This document shows positions 40,082 through 50,680 of a stretch of 64,000 nt of DNA, one piece after another. How positions within the stretch are numbered: position 1 is the stretch's first letter; every line of letters begins with the position of its first letter. The notes beneath the pieces are model-generated. The model made no database searches. It saw only the letters and a program-made list of their open reading frames with translations, and was not told where the DNA came from. The stretch comes from Sedimentisphaerales bacterium (GTDB lineage: Bacteria > Planctomycetota > Phycisphaerae > Sedimentisphaerales > SM23-30): positions 384,001 through 448,000 of the forward strand of contig CAXXMR010000009.1 of assembly GCA_963663805.2 (NCBI GenBank), written 5' to 3'. Made by a program: the position numbers and the translations under genes.

Positions 40082-41296
40082 TCAGGCTAAACACGTTTCT
40101 GCCGAAAGAATATTTTTCCAATGGTTCAATTTATGAAATATTCCGGTATTTTGTAAGTAATCAATGTTAAGGAAAGGGATTTTTTCTACGGCGTCATATT
40201 CATTAAGGTTGACATTTGCGAAGCAGTCGGCGACGTGTACATAGGTAAGTGCTTTGATGTTATCGCTTTCGACGAGCGTTGGTTCATGGTGAAATCTTAA
40301 TGCTTCGATGATTGAATTGTCGAAACCCCAGAGTCCGAGCAGGTAAGGTCCGACGATGTTATGTCCCGTGCCGATTATTTGTAGTTCGGCATCCAGAGAG
40401 GTGATATTTTTTTTGTGGCTAAGTGCTGCCACCTTTTCATATTTTTCGGGCAGTTTTGCTATAAGGACCAGTTTTCCGATATCATGGAGCATTCCGGCGA
40501 TTACGGCGTCATCGGCGAGATTTTTTTCGACCTCGTCATCCGTAACAATAGTTCTGACATACTTACTGACTTTGAGGCTGTGTTTCCAGAGTTCGTCTAT
40601 GGGGGTATTTTCATCTATATTGACGCAGAACTGGGCGAAGATTTTGACAAACAGTACGAGTGAAGAAACGGTTTCGATTCCCAGGTATTTGACCGCTTCG
40701 GAGATATTTGAGACATTTTGCCTGAGTCCATAGAGTGCGGAATTTACGATTTGGAGGATTTTGACACTCATGCCCATATCCTGCGAGATTATGTCCGCTA
40801 TGTCCTTTATAGAGGCATCTTCGGATCTGAGTTTGGTTATCAGTTGCGTATAAATGCTTGAGATGCAGGGCAGGGCTTCGAGCTGGGTGATGATTTTGTA
40901 AAGTTCGGGGTTTTCGAACATCATTCTGATGGAGTGGATATGATTAATTTTTGAAGCGAGTTCCTCCGCGTTGCACGGTTTGGAGATGTATTGATGTATA
41001 GGTCCGATTGATTTAAGGATAGATTCTTTGGATGTCTGGCCTGACAGGGCAAAACGAATCATGCCGGGGAATTCATCCTTGACGAGGTTTAAGAGTTTAA
41101 CTCCATCCATGCCGGGCATGCGGATGTCAGATACGATGACATCGAATTCCTGTTTATGCAGTAAGTCTATAGCTTCCTGAGCACCGAGAGCGAAACTCAT
41201 TTCCCATTGGTTTCTCATGGAATAGAGGGTTCTTCGGAGTCCCTGCAGGATTCGCGGTTCATCATCGACAAAAAGGATGTTCATTTTATCGTTCAT
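40082..41296 (-). CDS. Response regulator with HDOD domain
   Basis: REC (LFVDDE, SDIRMPGMDG, SKPC) and HDOD (ILQIVNSA, LWKHS, GMLHDIGK). Confidence 0.9.
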   Translation of the reverse strand: MNDKMNILFVDDEPRILQGLRRTLYSMRNQWEMSFALGAQEAIDLLHKQEFDVIVSDIRMPGMDGVKLLNLVKDEFPGMIRFALSGQTSKESILKSIGPIHQYISKPCNAEELASKINHIHSIRMMFENPELYKIITQLEALPCISSIYTQLITKLRSEDASIKDIADIISQDMGMSVKILQIVNSALYGLRQNVSNISEAVKYLGIETVSSLVLFVKIFAQFCVNIDENTPIDELWKHSLKVSKYVRTIVTDDEVEKNLADDAVIAGMLHDIGKLVLIAKLPEKYEKVAALSHKKNITSLDAELQIIGTGHNIVGPYLLGLWGFDNSIIEALRFHHEPTLVESDNIKALTYVHVADCFANVNLNEYDAVEKIPFLNIDYLQNTGIFHKLNHWKNILSAETCLA

Positions 41297-44200
41297 AGTC
41301 CATTCTCCGTCAAGGGGAGCTTGATAATAAACGTTGTTCCGGTTTCGTGGTCGGTTTCGAAAGTGAGTGTTCCGTCGTGGTGAGTAATGATGGAATGGGA
41401 GATAGAAAGTCCCTGGCCTGTGCCTTTGCCCATGGTTTTGGTGGTGAAGAATGGGTCGAAGATTTTTGTTTGAGCGTGTTTAGGTATTCCGCCGCCGGAA
41501 TCTGAGATTCGTATTTCGACCCATTTGTCAGCGATGACATCTGTGGTAATAATAATCATGCCTTTGTCGGTCAGGTTTTTGTCGAGTGTTTCTCCGATAG
41601 CGTCAGCGGCGTTGGTGATGAGATTGAGGAATACCTGATTGAGTTCGGCGGGATAGCAGGAAATCATAGGCAGTTGTGGTTCGAGGTAAAGTTTGATGTC
41701 GGCGACGAATTTCCAGTGATTTTTTGAGATGGCAAGTGTGTTCTGGATGGCGTCATTTACATTGAGCATTTTTTTTGTTTTTTGACCAGGATGGGAGAAT
41801 TCCTTCATGGCCTTGACGATTTCGGCGACGGTTTTGACTCCCTCAAGCGAATGTTTAATTGCTTCGGGTATTTCCTGAGTGAGAAAATCAAGGTCTGTAT
41901 CCTGGACTTTGCTGTGGAGTTCTGCGAGCATTTTATGTGATTCTGCCGGCGTGGTGGTTTCCTCGTAGAGCGAATCGCACGATTGGATTAGTGAAATAAT
42001 TTCATTGAATCCTTCTTCGAGGAATCTGATATTGTCGCCGATATATTGGGTTGGGGTGTTGATTTCGTGAGCGATGCCGGAGGCGAGTTGGCCGATTGAT
42101 TCGAGTTTTTGAGCCTGGAGGAGCTGAGACTGCATAGCTTTTTGCTGGGTTGTATCGTGTACAATGCAAATGATGCCGAGGCAGTTTTGCTGCTGGTCCA
42201 TAAATCGTGCGGAATTAATGCTGACATTAATGACTGATTCTTCTTCCTCACTTGCTTTTTTGACCATGCGATATTCCTGGTCATAAAGCGAGCCTTCTTT
42301 TAGTATTGTCTGGAAGGAGTCGAGCAATTTTTGGTAGTCATCGGGATGGATAATATGTTCGATTGATTGGCCGATCAGTTCTTCAGGGGTATATCCGAGG
42401 ATTTCAGTAATGCGGTTATTGCACTGGAGTATATTTCCATCGCTCTTTATTGTGAGAATCATATTTGCGGCAGTTTCAAAGACGGATCGGTATTTTTCTT
42501 CATTATCCTGCATATTTTTGTTGATGCGTGACAACTGAATTACCTGTGAGACGGTGTTGCTGAGGCTTTCGAGCAGGGCGTCCTCGACGGGTGTAATGGG
42601 TTGTTTGGAGAACAATGCCAGGACTCCGATTGGTTTTTTTCCTGGGGTTTTCAATTGGTATCCGGCGAATGAGACCAAGCCAAGCTCTGCGGCCCATTTT
42701 TTATTATGTACCCAGGGATTGTTTAGGACGTCATTGGTGATGAATTTGCGTTCTATGTTGGAGGAGATTTTGCCGATTTTGTATGCTCCGAAAGGTACTC
42801 TTCGATGTCCTCTTCCGTCGATATGTGTATATCTGCCGGCACTGGAAACCAGGTGCAGGCATTCCTGTCTGTTTTTGCAGGCGGGAGGATTGCCGTCGAC
42901 GAAAGTCGCGTGTACACAGCTCAGAGTACATAAATCGCCCGGTTCGTTAATCCAGATACGGCAGAAGTCGGCCTGGAAGATTTCGACCACCGCCTGGGTG
43001 ACCTGGTCTAATTTGGCATTCAGGTCGCTGGTTCCGAGCAGTTCCAATTGGAGATGATTGAGTTTTTTGGAGGAGGTCTTCCCGGCGTTTTCTTTCGGTG
43101 ATGTCTCTGCCGAGCAGCAGGCAGACGTCTCCATCGCCGTTACTTGTGTCGATAACATTAATAGAAATTTCGAGCCAGCCATTGGATTGGTCCTGTCTCA
43201 GGAAGTGGACATCATTGATTCTGATGGCTGTTTTGTTGGCTCGGCATTGTTCGATGTTGTTTTTGATGATTTTACTGTCCCAGTTAATCTGGCAGGTATT
43301 GAGAGGGCTTCCAATAATGTCGATGGCATTAACGCCGAAGCAGGTTTCGGCGGCATGGTTCCACTGGAAGACGAAGTTTTTGCTGTCAAGGGCGATGAAG
43401 ATGTCAGAAATAGCGCTTATGGTGATTTCATTTTTATATCTAAGGTTCTGGAGCTGGGCCATGGTGCTTTGCAGTGTTTCGTTTTGTTTGCGGTTTTTAA
43501 CCATTCTTTTCAGCATGGCCAGGTACAACATAACTACTAATGTTGATATGCCGATTCCGATACCGGTGATTCCTCCGATTTCCCAATTGTTGCGGAGATG
43601 TGAGTTTTTCAACCAGCAGTGTATTTTCCATTTTTGTCCGGCGAATTCGATGTTTTCGGTATAATGGGGTGTGTTTTGCAATGGAGGTTCAGGTGATTTG
43701 CTAATTGAATTGTTGGTGGACGAGTTATAGAAATAGAAAGTTTCTTCGGGGTTTTCGGCAAGATATGTAATTGAGATATCAATATTCTGTTCGTTCAGTG
43801 ATGTTGTAACATCATCGATGATTTTATCAATGAGAAATACTCCGAAGACAAATCCCCTGATGTTTTTTCGTCTGCTTTCGATGGTGTCGAGAGCTTCGTA
43901 TTCATGGTAGAGAGGGTAGAATATCAGGAATCCCTTGTGGCCATAGGGATGGACAAGATTCAGAGGGCTGGTTGCTATGGCCTTGCCGGTGTCTCTGGCC
44001 GTGAGGATGGCTTTTCTTCGGGTTTTTTCAGAAAGCAGGTTGAATCCCATTGCTTCTTTGTTTGCCGCAAACGGTTCTGCGAAATGCACGGGATAATATT
44101 CGTTGGCTTTTTCCATACGAATGGTTTTTCCCTGCGGGCTTCTGGTGCTTATTTCGTAAGAGGGAAAAGTTTCCAGCCGTACAGAATTTTCGTATTCGAT

Positions 44201-44572
44201 ACGTTGTTCGTCAGTAATTCTTGGTGTCCACGCGATAGCATAGAGGCCTTTGGTTTGTTCCATCAGCGGGTACACATAGGAGTAGAATTTGTTATGGTCC
44301 ACCTTTGTTGAGCCGGCATAGAATCTGGTGGTTGAATTGATAAAGAAGAGATTTTTTTCGATGGATTTTTTTATAAGAGCGACTCGTCCGTTGGCGGTTT
44401 GGGAAACAAAATTCTGTACCTGTTCATTTTCCAGTTCCCGGCTGATGGTAATGAAGAGCATAGCGCCGATGGCGGCCATCGCAACCACGACGATGATTTT
44501 AAGGTAATCATCCCTTTTGAAGTCTTTGAATACGATTTTTGGGTTAAATTTTTCAATAATTTTTCGAATCAT
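41293..44572 (-). pseudogene. CHASE-PAS-GAF-PAS sensor histidine kinase, split by a 1-nt frameshift near 43065 (probably a sequencing error)
   Basis: ORF 42947-44572 has TM-CHASE (YYPVHFAEP..N..AMGF) -TM-PAS. ORF 41293-43182 has GAF, PAS, GIAHEINTP and FDPFFTTK..GKGTGQGL. Removing one A from A6 gives EDLLQKLNHLQ. Confidence 0.85.
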
Positions 44573-44587
44573 GGCTGTTGTTTTAAC

Positions 44588-45757
44588 TTATATAAAATTA
44601 ACAAGGGCGTCATCGAGTGCGGACCTACGGACATTTTCGGGTCTGTCGAATCTTTCTCTCAATTCCTTGATTTGGTTATGTTTATTTTTGAAGGCAGCGA
44701 AGATCATGGGGTCGAAGTGTTTGCCGACGTCGGCCTTCATGATATTAAGGGTTTTTTCTTCGGAGAACGCGGGTTTGTAGGGTCTTTCGGAGCGTAGGGC
44801 GTCATAGGCATCGACCAGTCCGACGATTCTGCCGGGCAGGGGGATGTTGTCTTTGGCGATTTGGTTTGGGTATCCGGTTCCGTTCCATTTTTCGTGGTGG
44901 GTGAGTGCGATTTCGGCGGCCATCTTCAGGATGGGGTTCATTTTGGGTGGTTTGAATGCGGTTTTGAGGTATTCGGATTGAAATTCGGCGTCAAACTCCG
45001 GTGTTTGCCTGAGAATACGACTGCCGATTTCGCAATGTTTGGTCATAATAAACCATTCGTCCTGGTCGAGTTTACCGGGTTTGAGTAATATTTCGTCGGG
45101 GATGCCGATTTTTCCGACATCATGCAGGGGGCTGGCCCAGAAGATGGTATCGAGGAAATCGGCGGACATGCCCAGTTCCTCGGCGAGTATCCGGCTGAAA
45201 TATCCGACTCTGAAAGTGTGTCTTCCGGTTTCTTCGTGTCGGAATTCTGCGGCGAGGGCAAGTCTCCAGATGGCGTCGCGATGGGCTGATTCAAGTTCGT
45301 CGGTACGCTCTTTAACTTTTTGGTCAAGGATTTGATTTTGTAATTTGAGTTGGTCCTGAGTTTCTTTTAGTTTCAGTACGCTGCGTAGCCGTGCGAGTAA
45401 ATCTTCGGCGGAAACCGGCTTGTTGAGTAAATCGGCGGCGCCCAGTTCGAGTGCCTGTCTTTTGAGTTGGTCTTCGCCTATTCCGGTGATGATTATGACC
45501 GGAATGTCTCTGGTTATTGGTGATAGTTTGAGATGGCAGAGGAATTCGAATCCGTCCGCTCCGGGCATATTAATATCGGAGACGATGGCATCAAAAGTAT
45601 AGCTGCTGATTTCCCTGAGGGCATCCTGGGCATTTTGGGTGTAATGGGTAGTCCAGTCGGGGCAGGCGGTATGCACCACCCTTCTGAGTCCATCAAGGCA
45701 ATACTTTTCGTCGTCGACAAAAAGTATACGTTTTTGTTTATCTCTGCTTCCGCCCAT
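44588..45757 (-). CDS. Response regulator with HD-GYP domain (c-di-GMP phosphodiesterase)
   Basis: REC plus ETG.H, LHDVGKIG, HHEKWNGTGYP, RPYK, HFDP. Confidence 0.92.
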   Translation of the reverse strand: MGGSRDKQKRILFVDDEKYCLDGLRRVVHTACPDWTTHYTQNAQDALREISSYTFDAIVSDINMPGADGFEFLCHLKLSPITRDIPVIIITGIGEDQLKRQALELGAADLLNKPVSAEDLLARLRSVLKLKETQDQLKLQNQILDQKVKERTDELESAHRDAIWRLALAAEFRHEETGRHTFRVGYFSRILAEELGMSADFLDTIFWASPLHDVGKIGIPDEILLKPGKLDQDEWFIMTKHCEIGSRILRQTPEFDAEFQSEYLKTAFKPPKMNPILKMAAEIALTHHEKWNGTGYPNQIAKDNIPLPGRIVGLVDAYDALRSERPYKPAFSEEKTLNIMKADVGKHFDPMIFAAFKNKHNQIKELRERFDRPENVRRSALDDALVNFI

Positions 45758-46045
45758 TATTATCGGCCTTTTCGTTATCGGTACAGGCTGGTGCCTGTTG
45801 GGTTATTTGCGGCAAGTGTCCCACTTTCAATGCCCTTGTCAGTACATTAAAAACACTTCATTAGGTAATTTCGGCAGGAAGTTGATGGTAGGTGATTTAA
45901 TAGTTGCGGATTTTCCGGGGATATATTGATACGCCGATAATATATCAGTTATCAGGGCAGTTATTCAGGAGGATAGGGGAACTGCGTGAGTTGGTGTATT
46001 GAGGGATTTGCGGGGGGAAAGATATGTTATAGGAATCTGGTGGTA

Positions 46046-46160
46046 TTTAAGAAGGCATGAGGCAGGAGTGAACGACACGGCGAGGCGCCGCCTTTGGCGT
46101 TCCCGATGGTGGCAAGTATATGATGTTTGGTGGTTGGCTCCGGCCGCTTACGCGGCTCGG
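46046..46160 (+). repeat. Modular REP-like repeat, copy D (degenerate)
   Basis: ATTTAAGAAGGCATGAGGCA, ACGGCGAGGCGC-CGCC-TTT-GGCG and CCGCTTACGCGGCTC. Confidence 0.65.
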
Positions 46161-46205
46161 TTTCTGTTGGTGCGTATTGCATTGATGGATTGATGTAGAC
46201 CTTTT

Positions 46206-47360
46206 TTACTTCATGCTGTACCGGCGTCTGTAGGCCAGCGGGGAAAGTCCCTTTTCCTGTTTGAAGAATCTGGAGATGTGGTTGATATTGGAGAAGCCGA
46301 GGTTCAGGGCGATTTCGATAATTGACATGTTGGTTTCGGTCAGTAGTTCGGCCATTCGGTTGATTTTTTCTTTTTTGATTCTTTCGTGTACGGAATATCC
46401 CAGGCTGCTGCGAAACCTGAGCTGGAGGGCTCTTTTGGAGAGGCAGACATGCTCGGCGACATCCGATACCTGAATCATTTCCCGTGAGTTTTCGCGAATA
46501 AATCGCAGAGCGTCGGCGATTTCGCGGTCGTGGACACAATAGATGTCGGTTGATTGTCTGGTAATCACACCGATAGGGGCGACGATAATTCGGTCGGTTT
46601 CCGGCTCTAGACCTTCCATCATTTCGTCGAGCAGTTTGGCGGATTCGTAGCCGGCGCGGACATTATTTAGTTTTATACTGGAAAGTGAAGGGTAGCATAA
46701 ATCGCAAATTACCTCGTCGTTATCGACACCCAGGACGGCCATATCGTCGGGGATTCTCACTTCGGCAATCTTGGCAGCCTCGATTAACTGACTGGCCCGG
46801 TCGTCATTGCAGGCCATTACCGCTATGGGCTTGGGGATGCTTCTGATCCATTCTACCAGCAGTTTCTGGTCACTATTGATAGAAATCTGTTTTTTTGTGG
46901 GCGCGAAAATATGTGGCTCTACCCCTGCTTCATTGATAGTTTTTTTGAAGGCCTGGCACCTGTCGTTTGACCAGAACATATTGGTCAGGCCGCAAAAACC
47001 GAACTCTCTGAATCCGAGCTTGAGCAGATGCTCGGCGGCGATTTGCCCCATGCCGGGATTATCACCTTTAACATTGGGGATACCAGCGATGTCTTTTTCT
47101 ATGTGAATGGCAATTACCACAGGAATGCCGCTGTCTCTGAGTTTTTCCGCGTCGCGTGGCGAACGCACAATCATTCCGTCAGGTTTCCAGTCGATGATTT
47201 GCTTTAGTGATTTGAATGTCTGGTTGGTGTAGAATGGTTCTTCGTGATAGAAGGCCCAGGGGCCGTAACGTTTGGAGTATTCGGCGATGCCGGCCAGGAG
47301 TGAGCGGCCATAAGCGCGGGATGCCTCAATTTGCAGGATGACTCTTTTTACGTTTTTCAT
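46206..47360 (-). CDS. XylR-type transcriptional regulator (AraC family)
   Basis: PKPIAVMACNDDRA, IPDDMAVLGVDND, TRQSTD, C-terminal HTH ..FFKQEKGLSPLAYR; paralog of 1473-2648. Confidence 0.9.
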   Translation of the reverse strand: MKNVKRVILQIEASRAYGRSLLAGIAEYSKRYGPWAFYHEEPFYTNQTFKSLKQIIDWKPDGMIVRSPRDAEKLRDSGIPVVIAIHIEKDIAGIPNVKGDNPGMGQIAAEHLLKLGFREFGFCGLTNMFWSNDRCQAFKKTINEAGVEPHIFAPTKKQISINSDQKLLVEWIRSIPKPIAVMACNDDRASQLIEAAKIAEVRIPDDMAVLGVDNDEVICDLCYPSLSSIKLNNVRAGYESAKLLDEMMEGLEPETDRIIVAPIGVITRQSTDIYCVHDREIADALRFIRENSREMIQVSDVAEHVCLSKRALQLRFRSSLGYSVHERIKKEKINRMAELLTETNMSIIEIALNLGFSNINHISRFFKQEKGLSPLAYRRRYSMK

Positions 47361-47801
47361 GTCGGCCTCGAACTACCTGCGGTGAGCGAATCGCCGCGGG
47401 CGTTTGTTGCATAGGACGCTCCAGTTTGTCGCCGGGGTCGTTATTTTCTTACTTCTCCTATCGGGAAAAGCCTGACTAATTATAACATAGAATAGCCATT
47501 TTGCGCAAAGTAAATTTACGATTTCGGTTATCGGTCTGTGTTTGTTGTGGGTTTGCGGGCGTATTAACGGACCTTATGGTTCCGTTTTGGATGTTGATAT
47601 TGAGCTTACGGATGATTTTTACGAATTAACTTCTTAGTCCGCAGTCGGTTAAGAGGGGGTTTGATACTATTCTTGCGCGTTATGGATAAAGTTTTGCGTA
47701 AAAAGGTGCGGCGGTTGGATTCCGATATATAATATATTGGGTATGAAAGGTTTAGCGGATATTTGGACGTAATTGACAAGTAAAAAAAAGGCTCGGATAG
47801 A

Positions 47802-47865
47802 TGCGCGAAATGGAGAACAAACTGCGCGAACTGGGGTGGACTGCCATTGGTGTCTGAGAGATAAT
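47802..47865 (+). promoter_or_regulatory. Putative AraC/XylR operator (21-bp-period direct repeat) abutting a sigma70 promoter
   Basis: TGCGCGAAATGG at 47802 and TGCGCGAACTGG at 47823, then TGGACT-N17-GATAAT. Confidence 0.6.
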
Positions 47866-47918
47866 ATTGTCAGGCACAGGTTAGAAAAATATTCGGGAAT
47901 CCTTGACGAGGTTTGGCT

Positions 47919-48713
47919 ATGAAGAAAAGGACTGGTTTTACGCTGGTTGAACTGTTGGTTGTGGTGGCGATTATCGCACTGCTGGTGAGTATCTTACTGC
48001 CGGCTTTGGGTAAGGCCAGGGAGTCTGCCAAGCGGGTGATTTGCGGTTCGAATATTCGGTCTATGGGTACGGGATTGATGATTTACGCTGATTCGAACAA
48101 TGATTATTTGTTGGAGCAGTTCAGGGATACTTATCCTAACCCGTTGCCGTGGCTTAGTCCGATTGCGTATTATGGGAGTATCAACAATCCCAAGCCTACT
48201 CAGTTTGGTTTGCTTCATGATGACGGTCTTTTTCCTGATGCCAATATTTTTTATTGTCCTTCTCAGCCTCAGCGAGATACTTATCCTTTGCCCTATTATT
48301 ATGATTTTTATACTTCCAACGGTTCGGTTGAGTGGGGTAAGAAGCTGGTTCAGTCGGCTAATGGTAACTGGCTGGTGCGTACTTCTTATAATTATTGGGT
48401 GGTGGGGAATATATCCAAGCAGCTGGCGGCGGGCGTTACAAAGATAGAAACCAGGGTGAAGATTCAGAATCTGGTGCGTGAACCGATTCTTTTTGATAAT
48501 TGTCAGGAATGGGAGGTTCTGCCGCATAAGAAGAGAGAAAGAGAGCCGCAAGGGATTAACACTTATTTCGCAGACGGCCATGTGAGCTTTTGTAATAGTG
48601 AACGGTTGTTTTCCAGTGAATGCTGGCCCCGCACTGAAGGGTACTATAACGGGCCGGGCAATATTCTGTCTTATTTCGAGAATATTATTGAGGAGCTGGA
48701 GTTTTTGCAGTAA
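47919..48713 (+). CDS. Prepilin-type N-terminal cleavage/methylation domain protein (DUF1559-like)
   Basis: [32 protein letters not shown]15-DGH. Confidence 0.9.
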   Translation: MKKRTGFTLVELLVVVAIIALLVSILLPALGKARESAKRVICGSNIRSMGTGLMIYADSNNDYLLEQFRDTYPNPLPWLSPIAYYGSINNPKPTQFGLLHDDGLFPDANIFYCPSQPQRDTYPLPYYYDFYTSNGSVEWGKKLVQSANGNWLVRTSYNYWVVGNISKQLAAGVTKIETRVKIQNLVREPILFDNCQEWEVLPHKKREREPQGINTYFADGHVSFCNSERLFSSECWPRTEGYYNGPGNILSYFENIIEELEFLQ

Positions 48714-48768
48714 GCGATTTGGGGTCGGATAATTAAATTAAAGGCGAGAGAAGGTTACGGAAGGTAAG

Positions 48769-49791
48769 ATGTTCATGGTACGTATATTGTTTGGCTTTAT
48801 TCTGTTGTTTTTTGCTTTTGGTCTGGTTGAAGGTGCTACCGAGGTGGATTATCCGGGGCTGCTTTACGATATTTATGTTGACGCGACGACGAGTAATACG
48901 TGGGCAACTGACTCGGCGGCTTATCCTTCGCTTTCGGACTGGTCTTATGGTTCCAGTGAGAGTGCCAGCGTGATTGTGGATAGATGGTATCGCAAGGAAG
49001 GCAGCAGTGCGGCATTGTATGGCACGGCTTTTCAGGGGGTGGGCCCGGCATTGCCGCAGTTGACGATGGTGGCTGACGGGCTTGATTCGGCGAAGACTTA
49101 TAATGTTTATGCGGTTTATTGGGGACGGTTGGCTCCGGAATATTGGTATTGCTATGTGGGGCTGGACGGTGAGCCGATGTGGCTGGCGGACAGTACGACA
49201 GAGTACGATAATATATTCTGTACGGGCACTTTTGTGATTGATGGCAGTCAGTTTTTTGTGGGGCAGGTTAGTGGGGTTAGCAGTGTGGCGGTTAATATTG
49301 ATGGGCCGGAGACGAGTTCCGATACTTATCGGGCCTGGTTTGATGGTTTGGCGTTTGTGGAGACTACGCCGGGGCCTTTTGTTACGGTTGATATAGCGGC
49401 AAATATAACCGACCCGACTAGCTTTGCGGTTAATCCGCGGGATGATTCGGTGATTGGTGTTCAACCGGGGTTGGGCGCGAATCAGGTTGTGCAGGGCAAA
49501 CGGATTGAGATTACTACGGATGTGCAGGCGGGGAACTGCCCGGATATTTATGATTTCATTGGGTTCAGCGGCGATATAACGGATAGTGAAAATACGCTGC
49601 GGGTGAAGGCTGATGCGAATATATCGCTTATGGTGAACTATGAAGTTCTGGTTTATACGCCGGTGTGCGGCAGTGATATTTGTCATCCGAGAGCGGACGG
49701 CGATACCAATGATGACTGTGTGGTGGATGAAGCCGATTTGGTTAATCTGGCGAATAACTGGCTGATATGCACTCGGCCTGAGTGTGATTGA
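48769..49791 (+). CDS. Secreted protein: shared passenger domain + repeat-like linker + dockerin-like domain
   Basis: Signal peptide, WYRKEGSSAALYGTAFQGVGPALPQLT, C-terminal GDTNDDCVVDEADLVNLANNWL. Confidence 0.8.
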   Translation: MFMVRILFGFILLFFAFGLVEGATEVDYPGLLYDIYVDATTSNTWATDSAAYPSLSDWSYGSSESASVIVDRWYRKEGSSAALYGTAFQGVGPALPQLTMVADGLDSAKTYNVYAVYWGRLAPEYWYCYVGLDGEPMWLADSTTEYDNIFCTGTFVIDGSQFFVGQVSGVSSVAVNIDGPETSSDTYRAWFDGLAFVETTPGPFVTVDIAANITDPTSFAVNPRDDSVIGVQPGLGANQVVQGKRIEITTDVQAGNCPDIYDFIGFSGDITDSENTLRVKADANISLMVNYEVLVYTPVCGSDICHPRADGDTNDDCVVDEADLVNLANNWLICTRPECD

Positions 49792-49805
49792 GTTTTTTAG
49801 GGGAA

Positions 49806-49926
49806 AGGCATTTAAGAAGGCATGAGGCATTAGGCAGGAGGCACGAGGGAACGGCTTGGTTTCGGCCTTTGGCTGAGGTTGTTTATTTAACGGTAACGGC
49901 GTTGCTTGCTTACGTGTGCGGTGCTG
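49806..49926 (+). repeat. Modular REP-like repeat, copy E
   Basis: Heptamers, AACGGCTTGGTT-TCGGCC-TTT-GGCTGA and TGCTTGCTTACGTGTGCGG. Confidence 0.75.
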
Positions 49927-50020
49927 ATATGTAAAGTTTGGGAAATGTTATTTTGGCTGTTTTTATTGCTCCATTGAGGCAGCTATAAAATCTGGAGCGG
50001 TTCAAGAAAAGGAGAAGGCA

Positions 50021-50650
50021 ATGAAAAAGCTAGTGTGTCTGATGATGGTGTTGAGTTTTTGTGCGATTGCTCAGGCTGTTACGGTTGATACGGTTACCGG
50101 TGTTTATTTCGATGCGACGATAGATAATACCTGGGCGACGGATGTTTCGAGTTTTCCGAATCTGGATGACTGGTCGTATGTCACACCCACGAATGTGGTT
50201 TACAACAAGTGGTATCGCAAGACGGGCAGTACTTCGGCGATTGACGGTACGGCGTTTCAGGGTGAAGGGCCGACATTGCCTCAGTTGACGACGACCGTTG
50301 CGGCTGATCCGAGCAAGAGTTACGATGTTTATGTGGTTTTTCATGCTCGCAACATCGGCGGGACCTGGTTTATTTATGCCGGTCTGCCGGGTGATGATCT
50401 GGTTCTCTATGATGAGACGAACGCAAGTTATATTCTGGGTGAAGGTACTTTGATAAGCTGTCAGACAAAACTGGGGACGGTTTCGGGCTTGAGTTCGATT
50501 TCCATCAATGTCAACGGGCCGGCAAGTCAGACTAACGGCGGTCAGCGGGCCTGGTATGACGGTGTGGCACTGGTAGAGGTGCCGGAGCCGGCGACGGTTT
50601 TGTTTCTTGGTGTCGGTGGTTTTTTTGCGATGATTAGAAAGAGAAAATAG
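50021..50650 (+). CDS. PEP-CTERM protein carrying the same passenger domain as its neighbours
   Basis: AAGGAG RBS, signal peptide, WYRKTGSTSAIDGTAFQGEGPTLPQLT, VPEPATVLFLGVGGFFAMIRKRK. Confidence 0.9.
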   Translation: MKKLVCLMMVLSFCAIAQAVTVDTVTGVYFDATIDNTWATDVSSFPNLDDWSYVTPTNVVYNKWYRKTGSTSAIDGTAFQGEGPTLPQLTTTVAADPSKSYDVYVVFHARNIGGTWFIYAGLPGDDLVLYDETNASYILGEGTLISCQTKLGTVSGLSSISINVNGPASQTNGGQRAWYDGVALVEVPEPATVLFLGVGGFFAMIRKRK

Positions 50651-50680
50651 ACTTTCTTCGATAAAGACAAGGAAGAGCGT

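Noticed and set aside
43050..43080. Programmed ribosomal frameshift in the CHASE kinase
   Set aside because: No obvious stimulatory structure, and five similar homopolymer indels in the window point to sequencing error.
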